DNA from: Bugula neritina | Lineage: Eukaryota > Animalia > Bryozoa | Assembly: GCA_964035545.1 (NCBI GenBank) | Contig: OZ037771.1 | Location: forward strand, 13,081,133 to 13,145,132 | Reading direction: 5' to 3' | Length of the DNA stretch: 64,000 bases | Part shown: positions 12,301 to 38,303 of the stretch, piece after piece | Numbering within the stretch: the stretch's first letter is position 1 | How the letters are laid out: the number at the start of each line of letters is the position of its first letter | Notes under the pieces: model-generated | Seen by the model: only the letters and a program-made list of their open reading frames with translations | Databases searched by the model: none | What the model was told of the DNA's origin: nothing | Position numbers and translations under genes: made by a program

Positions 12301-14017
12301 ATGTGAGAAATAGTCAATCTTAATCCCAATTTCTATACAAACATTATAACTTCATTTTCATCTTTACCAATCAAGTTTCAGCTTGACTACCGCAGTTTGA
12401 GATAGGTCAATGTCATACACACCTAAACTAATACTCCAAGTATAAGGTATAATTATACTAATACTCTAAGTATTAGTATAACTATAAGCATAAGGTATAA
12501 GCCATAACGCTAAGTGAGAAGGTGAAGCACGCAGAGTCACACGGTTGGTGAATAACACCAATAGTTACAGCCTAACAACCAACAGGGCTAGCCACATTCA
12601 CATTGTCATTGTGGTTAATAATCTAATTCATACTATGACTGTCACTATCACTATGGCATCAGTTACAACAACTGTAATCATTACTTATACTTATATTTAT
12701 TACTATTAATAGTAATACTCCTAGCTATTATTAGTTGCTACTATCAGTATCACTATGAGTACTGGTATCAGTATGTCAAACTCAATGTGTAGCAGACTAG
12801 CACTATCACTATGAGTACCAGTATGAGTATGAGTATCAGTATGTCAATGTGTAGCAGACTAGCACTATGACTATCACTATCACTATGAGTATGAGTATCA
12901 AGTATGACTATCACTGAGTCTGATACTGTGATAGTGACACTCATACTGATAGTCATAGTCACTGATACTGATACTCTAACTCATACTCATAGTAATAGTA
13001 ATACTATTAGATTTAGTAATAGTAATAGTAATAGTAATAGTATTACTCAATGAGTAATAGTAATACTAATAGTAATAGTAATACTAATAGTAATAGTAAT
13101 ACTAATAGTATTTAATTTTATTGTATACTAACTAAGTCTGGCACTACTAATATTACTATACTATTAATAATAATATAAGTACTGCCCATAAATGATCATA
13201 TTTAATAGCTGGATGAGAATCGGAATGATTACTGATAAGTGATGAGTGATTTGATACTATTAGTATTAGTGTTATTCAGCTTGCTACTTTTTCGTTAGCA
13301 GGCAAAAGCGTGATAATGATATAACGTTTTTGGCGAGTCAAGTTAGGTATCTTAAGTGTCTATAGTTTTTGTGGGAAGGTTTCCCATTGGGTTAAATTTT
13401 GTCTAGTTGACAAATGATGTCGTAGCAGTAAAATAATTTGCGCCGATGAAATATCCTAAACTATACTATAAGCCAGCAGGTAGCTTTTTATGATCGGTGT
13501 AACTCGAGAGATCTATCAATTTTGTTAGTAATACTGGACTTTTTCTTCAAATTATAATTATAATATTAATATGGCCTTGAAGTCAAAGGCTTTGGAAACT
13601 AAATTAAAATAGTGCGATCAGGTTCAGATGAGTGACCAAGTTCAATCAAGAACTTCACGAAAACGGATTTTTTACTTTTAGTTATTAGTAATACTAATAG
13701 TTTGAAAAATTATAATTATAATAACTTTACATACAAAAATACTAATAGTAATACTAATATGAATATCCAACTGGAACTTCAAGTTCATTAAAACAAAAAA
13801 AATGAAAAATCACTAAAAGTAAATGAAAATTAAAATATTAATATTAAATTATTAATAAAATATTATTATTATTAGTATTATAGTATTATTAATACTAATA
13901 GTAATACTATTAGGCAATAGCCCACCTCGTAAAAAACAGAACGGAGAACACTCTCAGTCTGAGTCTCACCCTGCTAACACCTACATGTGCAAAATTATGA
14001 GTGCCTCTTAGTCTCAT
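3323..14017 (-). CDS. GFM1: Mitochondrial elongation factor G1, ~774 aa, 19 exons: 13926-14017, 11755-11848, 11222-11341, 10970-11102, 10560-10764, 10143-10259, 9800-9873, 9427-9503, 8804-8958, 7946-8027, 7376-7513, 6898-7002, 6689-6770, 6363-6475, 5548-5793, 4357-4500, 3982-4143, 3509-3664, 3323-3352
   Basis: [24 protein letters not shown] (G1), [79 protein letters not shown] and a KKKKGKN* end. Arg-rich N-terminus [22 protein letters not shown] fits a mitochondrial presequence. Exon lengths sum to 2325 nt in frame. The first two exons are less certain than the rest. Confidence 0.95.
3712..3992. repeat. 29-bp minisatellite x10 spanning a GFM1 exon/intron junction
   Basis: Unit AATATGACTCACCTCACACT(C/G)TAGTATAG; the last copy contains the real donor at 3980-3981. 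Confidence 0.95.
4556..5407. repeat. 33-bp minisatellite x~26 in a GFM1 intron (let-7-like unit)
   Basis: Unit AGTAGTGACTTACTATTACAACTACTACCTCAG. Confidence 0.97.
8035..8632. repeat. 25-bp minisatellite x~24 abutting a GFM1 acceptor
   Basis: Unit GTATATAGTAGTGTCACAGTACACT. Confidence 0.95.
12620..13165. repeat. Low-complexity hexamer-like tract (AGTAAT/ACTATC/AGTATG) in GFM1 intron 1
   Basis: (AGTAAT)n run at ~13015-13110 and degenerate hexamers upstream. Confidence 0.7.
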
Positions 14018-14586
14018 GTTGTTTTTGTTTATGTTTTGTTAATATATGTTGAAATACTAACAGTTCATAATAATTTTTTTAATTTATTAAATTGCTATAA
14101 TATAAATACATTTAATAATTATACTTATACTTATAGTTATAGTAAAACTAAATAAATAATATCATTATTATAAATAAATCAATATCATAATCAGATTGAC
14201 TTTGAGATTATCATTATCAAATCATTGTAATTATGATTATGATAATCATAATGATCATCGTAGTTCATTAATTGTGATAGTGATACTATAAAAGTAGTTA
14301 TGATTTGTTCGAAATTCAAATTTTAATTATTCAAGTTGAAGTTGTCAGTGTGATTGCCCGTTGAGTATAATATAGATAATATCTTTTAAAATTAAACTAA
14401 AGTTCAATAATTTTGGTCAGCCGCGTAGCCCTTCCAGATAAATGCTTCCCAGTTAGATGCTTTTAAAATTGTCAAATCCTTGTAAACTAACACTTGTTCA
14501 TATTTAACTTAAAACAATCACTGGGTAACCATTCCCATTTCGATACAGGTTATTCTCAAGTTTTCATATTCTGATGTCTTTATCCG
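14018..14586. promoter_or_regulatory. Short divergent (probably bidirectional) promoter region between GFM1 and TAF6
   Basis: Inferred start codons at 14017 (-) and 14587 (+) are only ~570 bp apart, head-to-head. Confidence 0.6.
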
Positions 14587-17500
14587 ATGGCTTCTTCTGA
14601 AACTTCCGCTAACAATGCAGCTGCAGTGAAAGATCCAGCATCTCCGCAGCTTTCAGCAGAGTGGGTTAAAACGGCTGCGGAGTCTATCGGTATATCAGGC
14701 TCCTCAGTGGATGAAACTGGGTGCTTCAAGTATGTAGCTGATGATGTAACGTTCAGGTGAGATGTTGTTACATTCTGTGTATTTCTTTTAGGTCCATGTT
14801 GAGCTACTGTTTATCTCTTGAGGTTTTTATGAGTTTCTTTAATTATTTACATGTGTTTGAATTAGTTACAAGTGTGAATTGTTAGCCTTAGATTTAAAAG
14901 TTTTGATGCCAAGCATTTTTGATAATGTACCTCGCATGAAAATGTTAGTACCAATAAATGTAAATTTCATGACTTAATAAGGAAAAATTGCCCCATGATT
15001 GTTTAAGAAGATTATATATACGTTACTAGCAGTTGCTCTCGAGCAATGACAATGACCTTTGAAAATAATATGCTTTTCAAAATCACATTGAGTAAAGATT
15101 TTTATTTGCATCTTTTCACTCAAATTCTGTCCTCATTTGCAGCTATACTCTTAGACAAACTCTTTGCCTTCTTTTTTGTTTATAGCATACCACAACTGTT
15201 ACAGTGTATTGTGGCAATAGCTAAATACTACACTTGCTACAGTGTGCTGTAATAATAACTAGCTACAAATACTACACTTGCTACAGTGTGCTGTAATAAT
15301 AACTAGCTACAAATACCACACTTGCTACAGTGTACTGTGGTAATAACTAGCTACAAATATCATATTTGTTACAGTGTACTGTGGTAATAGCTAGCTAAAC
15401 ATACCACACTTGTTAAGGTGGTGCTGTGCTGTGTTTAGGGTGAAGAGTTTAATTCAAGATGCTGTAAAAATGGCGCTCCATTGTAAAAGAACAAAGTTGA
15501 CTACTCAGGATATTGACTATACTCTAAAGATGAATAACTATGAGGTACTACTCACTACTGTCATTAAATCTGAAGATACGTGTCATTTAATAAGTCAGCC
15601 AGTCACACTTTGCTAAGTCATGTGAACTTTTACTTGTAGCCATTGTATGGGTTCACCAGCGCTGATTATATTCCATTTCGAAATGCTAGCGGAGGGGGGA
15701 GACAACTTCATTTCTTAGATGACAAGGAACTGGATTTGGATGAGATTTCTGCGAAGCCATTACCCAAAATTCCTCTGCAGACCTCTCTAAAAGGTTTGTA
15801 GTCTTACATTACCTATAATGCATACAATTACAGTACATTATTTACACTCATATTTATGTTAAATACTTTCATTGCTTTATATACATTAACATTATATTAT
15901 CAAATACACTGACATTGCATACACTACACACTTTTGCATTTCATTAAATAGATATCCATTCATACTTTATTGCAACGTAGCATTCCTTAAATTTACATTT
16001 ACTTTACATTAAATTGACAATACAATATGCACTTAGCACTGTAGCTTATCATGATGATGTCGTTATTCATGATTATGTTTATGTCGCTGGCAGGCAGCCA
16101 TATTAGAAGAAACTGGTGGCTGATATGTTCTTCATAATTATTGCTGAACCTTGGTACTTTAATATTCAGTGTTGTTATACTCAAGTCAATGCTTGCAGCT
16201 CATTGGTTGGCCATTGAAGGCGTTCAACCAGCCATCCCAGAGAATCCTCCTCCAGTGGCAAAAGACTTACAGAAGCTGGAGAGTATAAACCCTAGTGAGT
16301 GCAAAGATGCATTATCATAACCTCAACGTTACTCACTGTATCTGTCTTGTGTGTGTTTACTTTATAGTCACGTTGCATATCCGAGGTATCTGATGTATTG
16401 AGTTTAGATGTAGTTCAAATTAAAGTTAGGGGGCTAAGGCTGTTAGATGGTAAATTCAACACTTCAAAGTTCAACGAATTCAAAGTAAAATTATGATTGT
16501 AGTCGTAAAGTCTAATAATTTACCTGACGTTATGATTGTAGTCGAGAAGTCTACAGGTGAAAAGCTCGGTAAGCCAATTGATCCGAAGAGCGTGAAAGGT
16601 AAACGCATCTTGAAGGATGTGAAGTTGAAGCCTCACACAGAGCACGACCTTTCCGTGGTAAGAATTTCAACTGCGCATTGCGTTTTGTTTTCTTGAGCTG
16701 TCTTCTCGTGTTACCTGCTTGTTCAGCTCACTTAAAAAGTTTGTAGTGGCTGCATTTTATTGGTTCGCCCAACTTATTGGCAGCGAGTTACGGCAGCCTT
16801 AGATAGCAACCTTTTAGTAACAAGTCAAGGATTTTCTGTGTTGAAATCTTTCTAATTGTCAAATAGCTGCAAAAAAAGATAACTTCAAAGATAAAACTGC
16901 AAACAATTGAAAAATTAAACAAAACTAAAGTTTCTAAAGCGAGCATTCATTATTTATTCTTCTGTAGCTCGGGGGGGGGGGTGGGGTTCAAACTTGTAGT
17001 TTTGACAAAATTTTGGCCACTGTTGGGGCAGTTGTTTGAATGAAGGGGAAGTAAATGCTGCCGTTTAAAGTGGAAAAGTCAGCATAAAATTTTTCATATG
17101 CTGCCAGTTTTTGAGTGCTGCCATCTTGTAATACAGTCAGCACCCCCTGGTGAGCTAATTCTCTCTTCTGTTCCAGGAGCAGCAACTGTATTATAAAGAA
17201 GTGACTGAGGCCTGTGTGGGTACTGATGAGGTTAGGCGACCCGAAGCTTTGACCAGCCTAGCCCAGGATCCTGGACTGCATAAAATGCTTCCTAGACTGA
17301 GTACCTTCATATACGAAGGAGTGAAAGTTAACTGTGTGAATAGTAACCTAGCCATATTGATCTACCTCATGAGAATGACTAAGTCGCTGCTGGAGAACAG
17401 CTCTCTGTATTTAGAGAAGTACCTGCATGAACTGCTGCCGTCGGTTATTACGTGCATAGTCAGTCGGCAGCTCTGTCTCAAACCGGAGAGCGACAACCAC

Positions 17501-20500
17501 TGGGCACTCAGAGACTTTGCGTCTAAAATACTCGGCCAGATGTGCAAGTGAGTATCACAAGGTGTAGCAGTCAATCTAACCTGATGGTTTGTATAGCTTC
17601 ATGATTTTCACTCAAAGTTCAACGCTGAATGAGTTACTTGAAGGTCATTTAATAAAGATTTTGTGATTTAAGTGAAAGCTTTACATTGTGTAGTTCTATT
17701 ACCATTCTCATTATCAGTTTTATGCCAGTAACTATGCTGGAATATCAACATTTTAAAGGACATTTAGTAACAAAGGAGCAAATCGTGTGTTGCTATTAGA
17801 TCTTCAACGTTAATAGTTTCAGTTAAGTTATAAAGGTGAGTTCAGTTAAGTTGAATTGACTAAAACTGGTGTATTTATCAGAAAATTAAGTCTTTGCTGA
17901 ATATACTAAGACAAATTTACTCTGTGAATATACTATGACGAGCTTACTGTGTGAATGAAACGTGTCTTATGTCTTTATTCTTGTATCTACAGGAAGTTCA
18001 GCTCCAACACCAATGATATCCAAACTAGAGTTGTTAAAATTCTTTCTGAAGGACTACATGATCCTAGCGCCACTCTGTTCACTCACTACGGCTGTATAAT
18101 GGCTCTCGGAGAACTGGGACCAGGGGTAACGCCATCACTTTATATGTTAACGAAGTCTTTCATAGCAGTAATAACTGTACAAACAACATGTTTGACCTGA
18201 TGTGATACTATTTCCTTTAATAAAACTTTATTTTTAAGCGTATGGTGTTCTGTAGTTAATTTTTTTGGAAGTGAAATGTATGTTTAAAATAATCTGCCTG
18301 TGTGACGGTCTATGTGCAGTTCTTTGGATTCTCAGTTTGAATCGTTAGCCAATCAGAATGCAGCGTGATCTAACTATCTCTCAAGTTGTCCTCTCTTTGC
18401 AGGTAGTTCAGTCGTTCATCATACCAATAGTGAGGAGTGAAGGAGATAGACTGAGATCCATACTGGATACTCAACCAGTCAACCCTATAGACAAAGTGTC
18501 ATGTAACCAGATCAAAGCTGCTTTCATTGTAAGTCCCGCCGTTCAGTTACTCACATGATATTGCAACTGTTACTGTCTTTTGATTGCTCAACATATAAAT
18601 CAGCCTCTCTGATGCAATAATATCTTGTTATTCTCCTTTCCATGTCTGGAAAAGCTTTAAAATCTAATCACAGCTAAATCCTCCACTGAATAATGTGAAC
18701 TCCCCTTACTTCAAAGTCTCCACCCCTATGAGAACCCCTAATTTCAAGGGTTTTAAGCAGGCTAAGGACTTGTTTCTACTGTGACACATTTATGACAAGA
18801 TGACCTTCCTGACATCATCAATGACCTTGACTCGAACATATAACCTGTGTCACACTAGTCTTAACCACTAAACCACCAGGCTCCTTAACTGTATAATGTA
18901 AACAACTCATTCTATATCTATGCGTTGTTGACCAATTATACCAGACAGAGCTGAGCTAACTAAACTGTACCAGTACGCTTGTCATGAGTGAGTCCGCTAA
19001 TGATACTGACAACTGCTTGTCTTGCAGAAGTCTTTAGCACCGGCTCTGCGAGTTCTCAGACGACCTCCAGACCGTCTAGACGCCTACAGACAAGAGTTTG
19101 GTTATCTCGGGGCGTACATACACGAGGCAGTGGTTCACTTGAGAAACCAGACGGCTGGTGGGAGCAGCAGCGGTGTGGCAGCTGGCACCAGCCTTCTGCA
19201 CCAGTACACGTCTGCTAGCAATAGCGCACCAGGGGGCGCTAGAGTCATGTCTTCTAATCTGGTGAGTCAACTTTGTTGATGTTTGAAATCCACTGGCTGT
19301 ACCATCTTATATACGGTCTGTGGTATGCTTGAGTGAATGTGCTGCGGTAGCAGGGGCAAAGCAAGAAAGGTTGTGTCTGCAATAACTTGATATGCACTGT
19401 ATAGCCTGAGTATTATTATGGCTTGCTTGCTTTATTTTCAAAGATTGCCTTTGCCAGTAGGTGTGTTTAGCAGTATCAGCATATTTAGTGGTCCTCTGCT
19501 CCTTTTGTATGAGTCATAACTGGTAATAATATGAAAAAATATTCGGTAGCTCTAGCATCTTATGTATGGGCATATACTGTACTGTATCTTGTAGATGGGC
19601 ATATACTGTACTGTATCATGTAGATGGGCATATACTGTACTGTATCATGTAGATGGGCATATACTGTACTGTATCTTTTAGATGGACATATACTGTACTG
19701 TATCTTGTAGATGGGCATATACTGTACTGTATCTTGTAGATGGGCATATACTGTATCTTGTAGATGGGCATACCACCTATGCCTTATTTCTCTAACAGAT
19801 TTAGAAAGTTTCCTCACTCGTCTCTGCCACCAATACGTTCACCTCACCCCTCTTCACATCACAGATCCTTCCCTCCCCACCAATCTTCTTTCCCCTCTCA
19901 TCCTCACATGTCTCCGCGCTCCTATTTCCATTACACGCCCTACCCCTCCAGGCGGTCTGGATCAGCCCCTTATTCCCCTGCCATGCTATCCACTCCTGCA
20001 CCCTACACACATTCATTTCCCTCCACCCCCGTGCCTGTAGCTGGCGAGTATCCTGGGAGTCGTCCCTCTCCATTTCTAGACAGCTCTCTCTCTAACCTCC
20101 ACTCTCGGCAGCACCTTGAGGCTGACTCTGTTACCGACAGCAGTCATGTGGTAAACTCTTGGATCTTCCATCGTTCTTTCTTCTGTTCGCCATTTTGTTC
20201 TTTCACCAGTTTACGCTCGGTTACTTTGCTTTAATTGCATCCACTTTATGTTGTGGTTCCATGTTCTGGTTATTTAATAGTATGAAGTATTTTATCATAT
20301 GGTTATTACAAGCTTGTTATGTTAATTATAGTTAATTGGGCAATTCTTTTGTTTAAATTGTGTTTTCTATCAAAAAATTGGAAAGATGGCTCTGTAAATA
20401 TTTTAACCCCAAAAAATCTAAAAACAAACTTTAATTTAGAGATACCCTGTTACTCTATTTATTAGCTGGTATAAAACCCTGTAAACAAATAGTTTGATAG

Positions 20501-22167
20501 ACTCATATTTTGTAAGTGTAGACTATGTTTGTAGAGAAGCCAGAACACAGTGGTTCTGACACACGGCAGCGTTGGTGGAAGCAGCACAGCTGGTGTCGGT
20601 AGAAGTTTCTCTTTACCAATCGGAGGTAGAAGTGTGGCAGGAGTACGTAACCCAGTCTCTACAAACCCGCCCTCACCTCTTATCAGGTATTGTATAGGCG
20701 TTTTGCTAGGAGACTGGTATTGTATAGGCACGTTGCTAGGAAACTGGTATTGTATAGGCACGTTGCTAGGAGACTGGTATTGTATAGGCACATTGCTAGG
20801 AGACTGGTATTGTATAGGCATGTTGCTAGAAGACTGGTGTTGTATAGGCACGTTGCTAGGAGACTGGTATTGTATATGCACGTTGCTAGGAGACTGGTAT
20901 TGTATAGGAATGTTGCTAGAAGACTGGTGTTGTATAGGCACGTTGCTAGGAGACTGGTATTGTATAGGCACATTGCTAGGAGACAGGCATTGTATAGGCA
21001 CGTTGCTAGGAGACTGGTATTGTATAGGCACATTGCTAGGAGACTGTTATTGTATAGGCGTGTTGCTAGGAGACAGGCATTGTATAGACGTGTTGCTAGG
21101 AGACAGGCATTGTGGAACATTTATTCTTCTGCAAGTACCTTAGAAGTTGCTTGTTTTTACTAGTTTCAGTGTAGAAATCAGTTGATGTTTAATGTCACTG
21201 TTTATTTACTGTAGCTTGATAGTTTTTCTTAACTTTTGTCGACATGTATTTGAGTATGAAGCCTGTCGATTTTTTCCCAGTTCAATAGTTTATTTTTACC
21301 ACAGAATAAGCAGTGGCACATCACTGGTTAGAACCCCCTCTACTCCAACCACACCTGGCTCCACTCCTGGCTTACAAAGGTTTTTACCCATGTCAACCCC
21401 TTCATCTTCATCCGCACCTGGCGGCAGCTCACAGCAGCAATCTATACCGTCTGGTACAACAATAGTTAAAGTAAGTTACCCAACTCTTTTACTGCGCACT
21501 ATGAAGTATGTACTGTGGTGTCATTTTTTGTGAAATTTTCCGTGTTTGAAAGTTTCTAAGGTACACCATCTACTGGATGATACAATTTCGTTGGTTTGAT
21601 GACATCATGTTTTGTTGTGAATAGTAGTCTTGATAAAATCGTCGCATGGTTTTATGTTGTGTACTATTATAAATATATCTTGTGTTATGTTGCAAAACAT
21701 AACGAAAAAGTGTTTCGGGATAAGTTGTAGCTAATTAGCTCTTATATGCTTGTACTATTTTATTGTATTTATTACTTCTCATTTCATTTAATTATCTTAC
21801 ATAATACTGTATTGTATTTTTATTGTATTTAATATATCTTACATAATACTTTATTGTGTTTATTATATCTCCATTTTATTCAATATATTTTACATAATGT
21901 TATATTTTATTGATAATATTTGAATAATATATTTAATATATATTACATGATACATAGTATATTTTCTATTATATTTGATAATCTTACATAATACGTAAAA
22001 TATTTCTGTCATAGGTTGTGTCAGCATCCCCAGCCACATCCGCTGCCTTCTCAAGTCGGCAAACGGTGACCAGTAAACCTCCTCATACTGACAGTATTCA
22101 GTCGGCAGCCGCTGGAGATCAAACCCCTAACCTCTTGTCGACCTTTGACACTTCCCCACCCACTTAG
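14587..22167 (+). CDS. TAF6: TFIID subunit 6, ~658 aa (787 aa with the candidate cassette exon). Exons 14587-14756, 15439-15544, 15640-15793, 16199-16294, 16542-16657, 17177-17547, 17993-18125, 18403-18528, 19028-19261, [19764-20150], 20535-20686, 21305-21470, 22015-22167
   Basis: H4-like histone fold ([46 protein letters not shown]), [86 protein letters not shown] and a low-complexity S/T/P tail. The C-terminal exons are less certain. Confidence 0.93.
15190..15430. repeat. 44-bp minisatellite x~5 in TAF6 intron 1, next to the acceptor
   Basis: Unit AAATACTACACTTGCTACAGTGTGCTGTAATAATAACTAGCTAC. Confidence 0.9.
18712..18884 (-). mobile_element. Diverged SINE copy in a TAF6 intron
   Basis: GAGAACCCC..AAGGGTTTTAAGCAGGCTAAGGACTTG..TGTGACAC..CTTCCTGACATCA..AACCACTAAACCACCAGGCTCC matches the other copies. 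Confidence 0.7.
19566..19772. repeat. 29-bp minisatellite x7 copying an acceptor and exon start in TAF6
   Basis: Unit ATGGGCATATACTGTACTGTATCTTGTAG. Confidence 0.93.
20686..21113. repeat. 30-bp minisatellite x~14 starting at a TAF6 donor
   Basis: Unit GGTATTGTATAGGCACGTTGCTAGGAGACT. Confidence 0.95.
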
Positions 22168-22951
22168 CTTGTGTTTATACGCCTAGAATTGCGAGTGTTA
22201 AGTTATAGCACCCGCAACACACTTGAGTTTTTTATTCTAAGTCTATACTGCTCTTCAATTTACTCTCAGCAACTGGTTTTTTGAAGTTTTTTTAACTGTC
22301 AAACCAGGTGTAAAGTTTTTCTGTATAAAGTTATAAATGAAAAGTAGTAGTGGGCATGCTCTCTACTATTGTATATAATCATGTATGTATTTTACTGTAT
22401 TTATCTAGTTGTTAACAAACTTATCATTGCACTAGTAGTATTGTAAACATTGCGCTAGTAGTATTGTGAACATTGCGTTAGTAACCTTAAAAATCTGCTA
22501 CCTGTTTTACTGCTGTTCATTCTAGTACCTGGAGATTCCAGTTTATTCAAAATGACATCAGGAATTGGAACTTTGTAGGGAGAATATTATTTAATTATGA
22601 AAATATCTTTTGTAAAAATATATTGCAAATAGTATTCTTTAAAGTTAAAATAAAATATTACTTTAAAAATAATAATAAAATGAACTTGCTTTTGGAGTAT
22701 GTTTCATGTAGAGTGTAATGTTACACCAAACAGTAACTATGTAAGGTGTATTTAATTTTTTTGGCATGTTAATATGAAGATATATCTCTTGTGAATCTAG
22801 TGACATTATAGTCAATCTAATAAAGAATTACATGAACATTATTGTATAATTAGAGGAATAAATATTACATCTGTATATAAGATTTTAGTTGAGCATAATA
22901 AACTACTGTGTAGTAGACATATAACCTGCATATGCGTTGTTATTAATGGCT

Positions 22952-36897
<13,946 letters not shown>

Positions 36898-37984
36898 GGT
36901 AACCAACTAGTTAGTTGTTTGTTATCTATAATTTTCAAGCATGTAATCTCGCTATACTTATAACTTTCTGAAAATATCAACAGTCATCCCTTATTTACAA
37001 CTTTTCTTAAATGTAGCCAATCACAAATAACTACAATGAGATACTGTTCCTGTTCCTGATTGCCAATTGCTATGGCAACATCAAACGCGATTGCAATGAC
37101 ACAGTATGATGTCAACACTGCCGGTCGTATCTAAATAATATGTTGACGTTTTTTTGCTACGTGCTATACTTTAAATATGTGTTAGAAACAGCATAAGGTA
37201 GGTTAGTGTATGCAAATTAAGAATACATGAGAACTTTCTGGTTTTTGCAATTCCTGCTTCAAGCCTATCATGTGCAGCATAGGTATAGTTTCCCTGTTGC
37301 CTTATTTCTTGCAATATAGTCTGCATATAGTCATTTTAAAAACTGCAAATGGACTCACTGAAGTTCTCACACTAATCAGCGGTATATTGCCTTAACTCTA
37401 AGCCTGGGAGATCTAAACTACTGTAATAGTTATTCGTTAACTGCAAGTCGTATGGCACCAACAACTATACAAACAAGTAAAAGTGCTCAAGTCACTTGAG
37501 GCTAATGTTTCAACATTGAAACATTAAATCAACTCAAGTTTCTTGCCAAGTCAAACTTAAGTGTAAGCTGTTTGAGACTGTAGACTAAAACTCCATTTCC
37601 TATCCCTGCCAGCAAGATATTTACAGGCTATTAGTATCACAGTCATATCACGTGTTACTGCACGTGTTATGCTGTAGAGAATTTTAGAGATTAGGTGTTT
37701 GTTATATGTCAATGTAGCTGTCAAAATGGCTATCACTGCTTTTAATAATAATATAGTAACATCTGTTCTTTGTTTTCTTGTGTTTTATGTAAACATTTTA
37801 ATACATTCAAATCATCTTTTAGGAATATGAAAATATAGCAACAGTTGGGTTGACAAAATTTTTATTATATAACATGTTTCAAGGATAAAAAAGTTAAATC
37901 ATAATTAAATAAATTAAACACCTTCAGATTGAAATTGCAAAAATAACTATATATTATATATACAAGTGTAAATAAGTTAATATA

Positions 37985-38187
37985 GGGAGCAGCCGTGGTC
38001 TAGTGGTTAGAGCGTTTGCCTAGTAAATAGGAGGTAATGAGTTCCAGCCCGGACAAAGGCCATTCGTGATGTTAGAAAGAGCATCCAATCATAATTGCTC
38101 CTGTGTCACATATGAATAAGTCCTTAGCCCAATTTAACAAAAACCCTTTCATCAGGAGTTTCTCACAGGAATAAAGACTCTAAACTT
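37985..38187 (+). mobile_element. tRNA-derived SINE, apparently full-length copy
   Basis: A-box TGGTCTAGTGG at ~37996 and degenerate B-box GAGTTCCAGCCC at ~38039, followed by a body (GATGTTAGAAAGAGCATCCAATCATAATTGCTCCTGTGTCACATATGAATAAGTCCTTAGCC..TTTCATCAGGAGTTTCTCAC) shared with three other loci in the window. Confidence 0.8.
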
Positions 38188-38303
38188 CTGTGAGTTTTTG
38201 TAAATAAGTTAACATGTTTTAATAGTTCATATTAAAATTGTGTCAATAATAGATTTACACGTATACCTTACAATTTTAGTTGTATCTATTTCATATAGAC
38301 CAT

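Noticed and set aside
16970-16986. G-run as a G-quadruplex element
   Set aside because: A single short homopolymer tract with no other support.
20462-21163. Overlapping long ORFs on both strands (189, 145 and 157 aa)
   Set aside because: Products of the 30-bp repeat; only 20535-20686 is supported as a TAF6 exon.
37985-38062. Functional tRNA gene
   Set aside because: The B-box is degenerate, there is no convincing acceptor stem, and it continues into a body shared with three other dispersed copies, so it is a SINE head.
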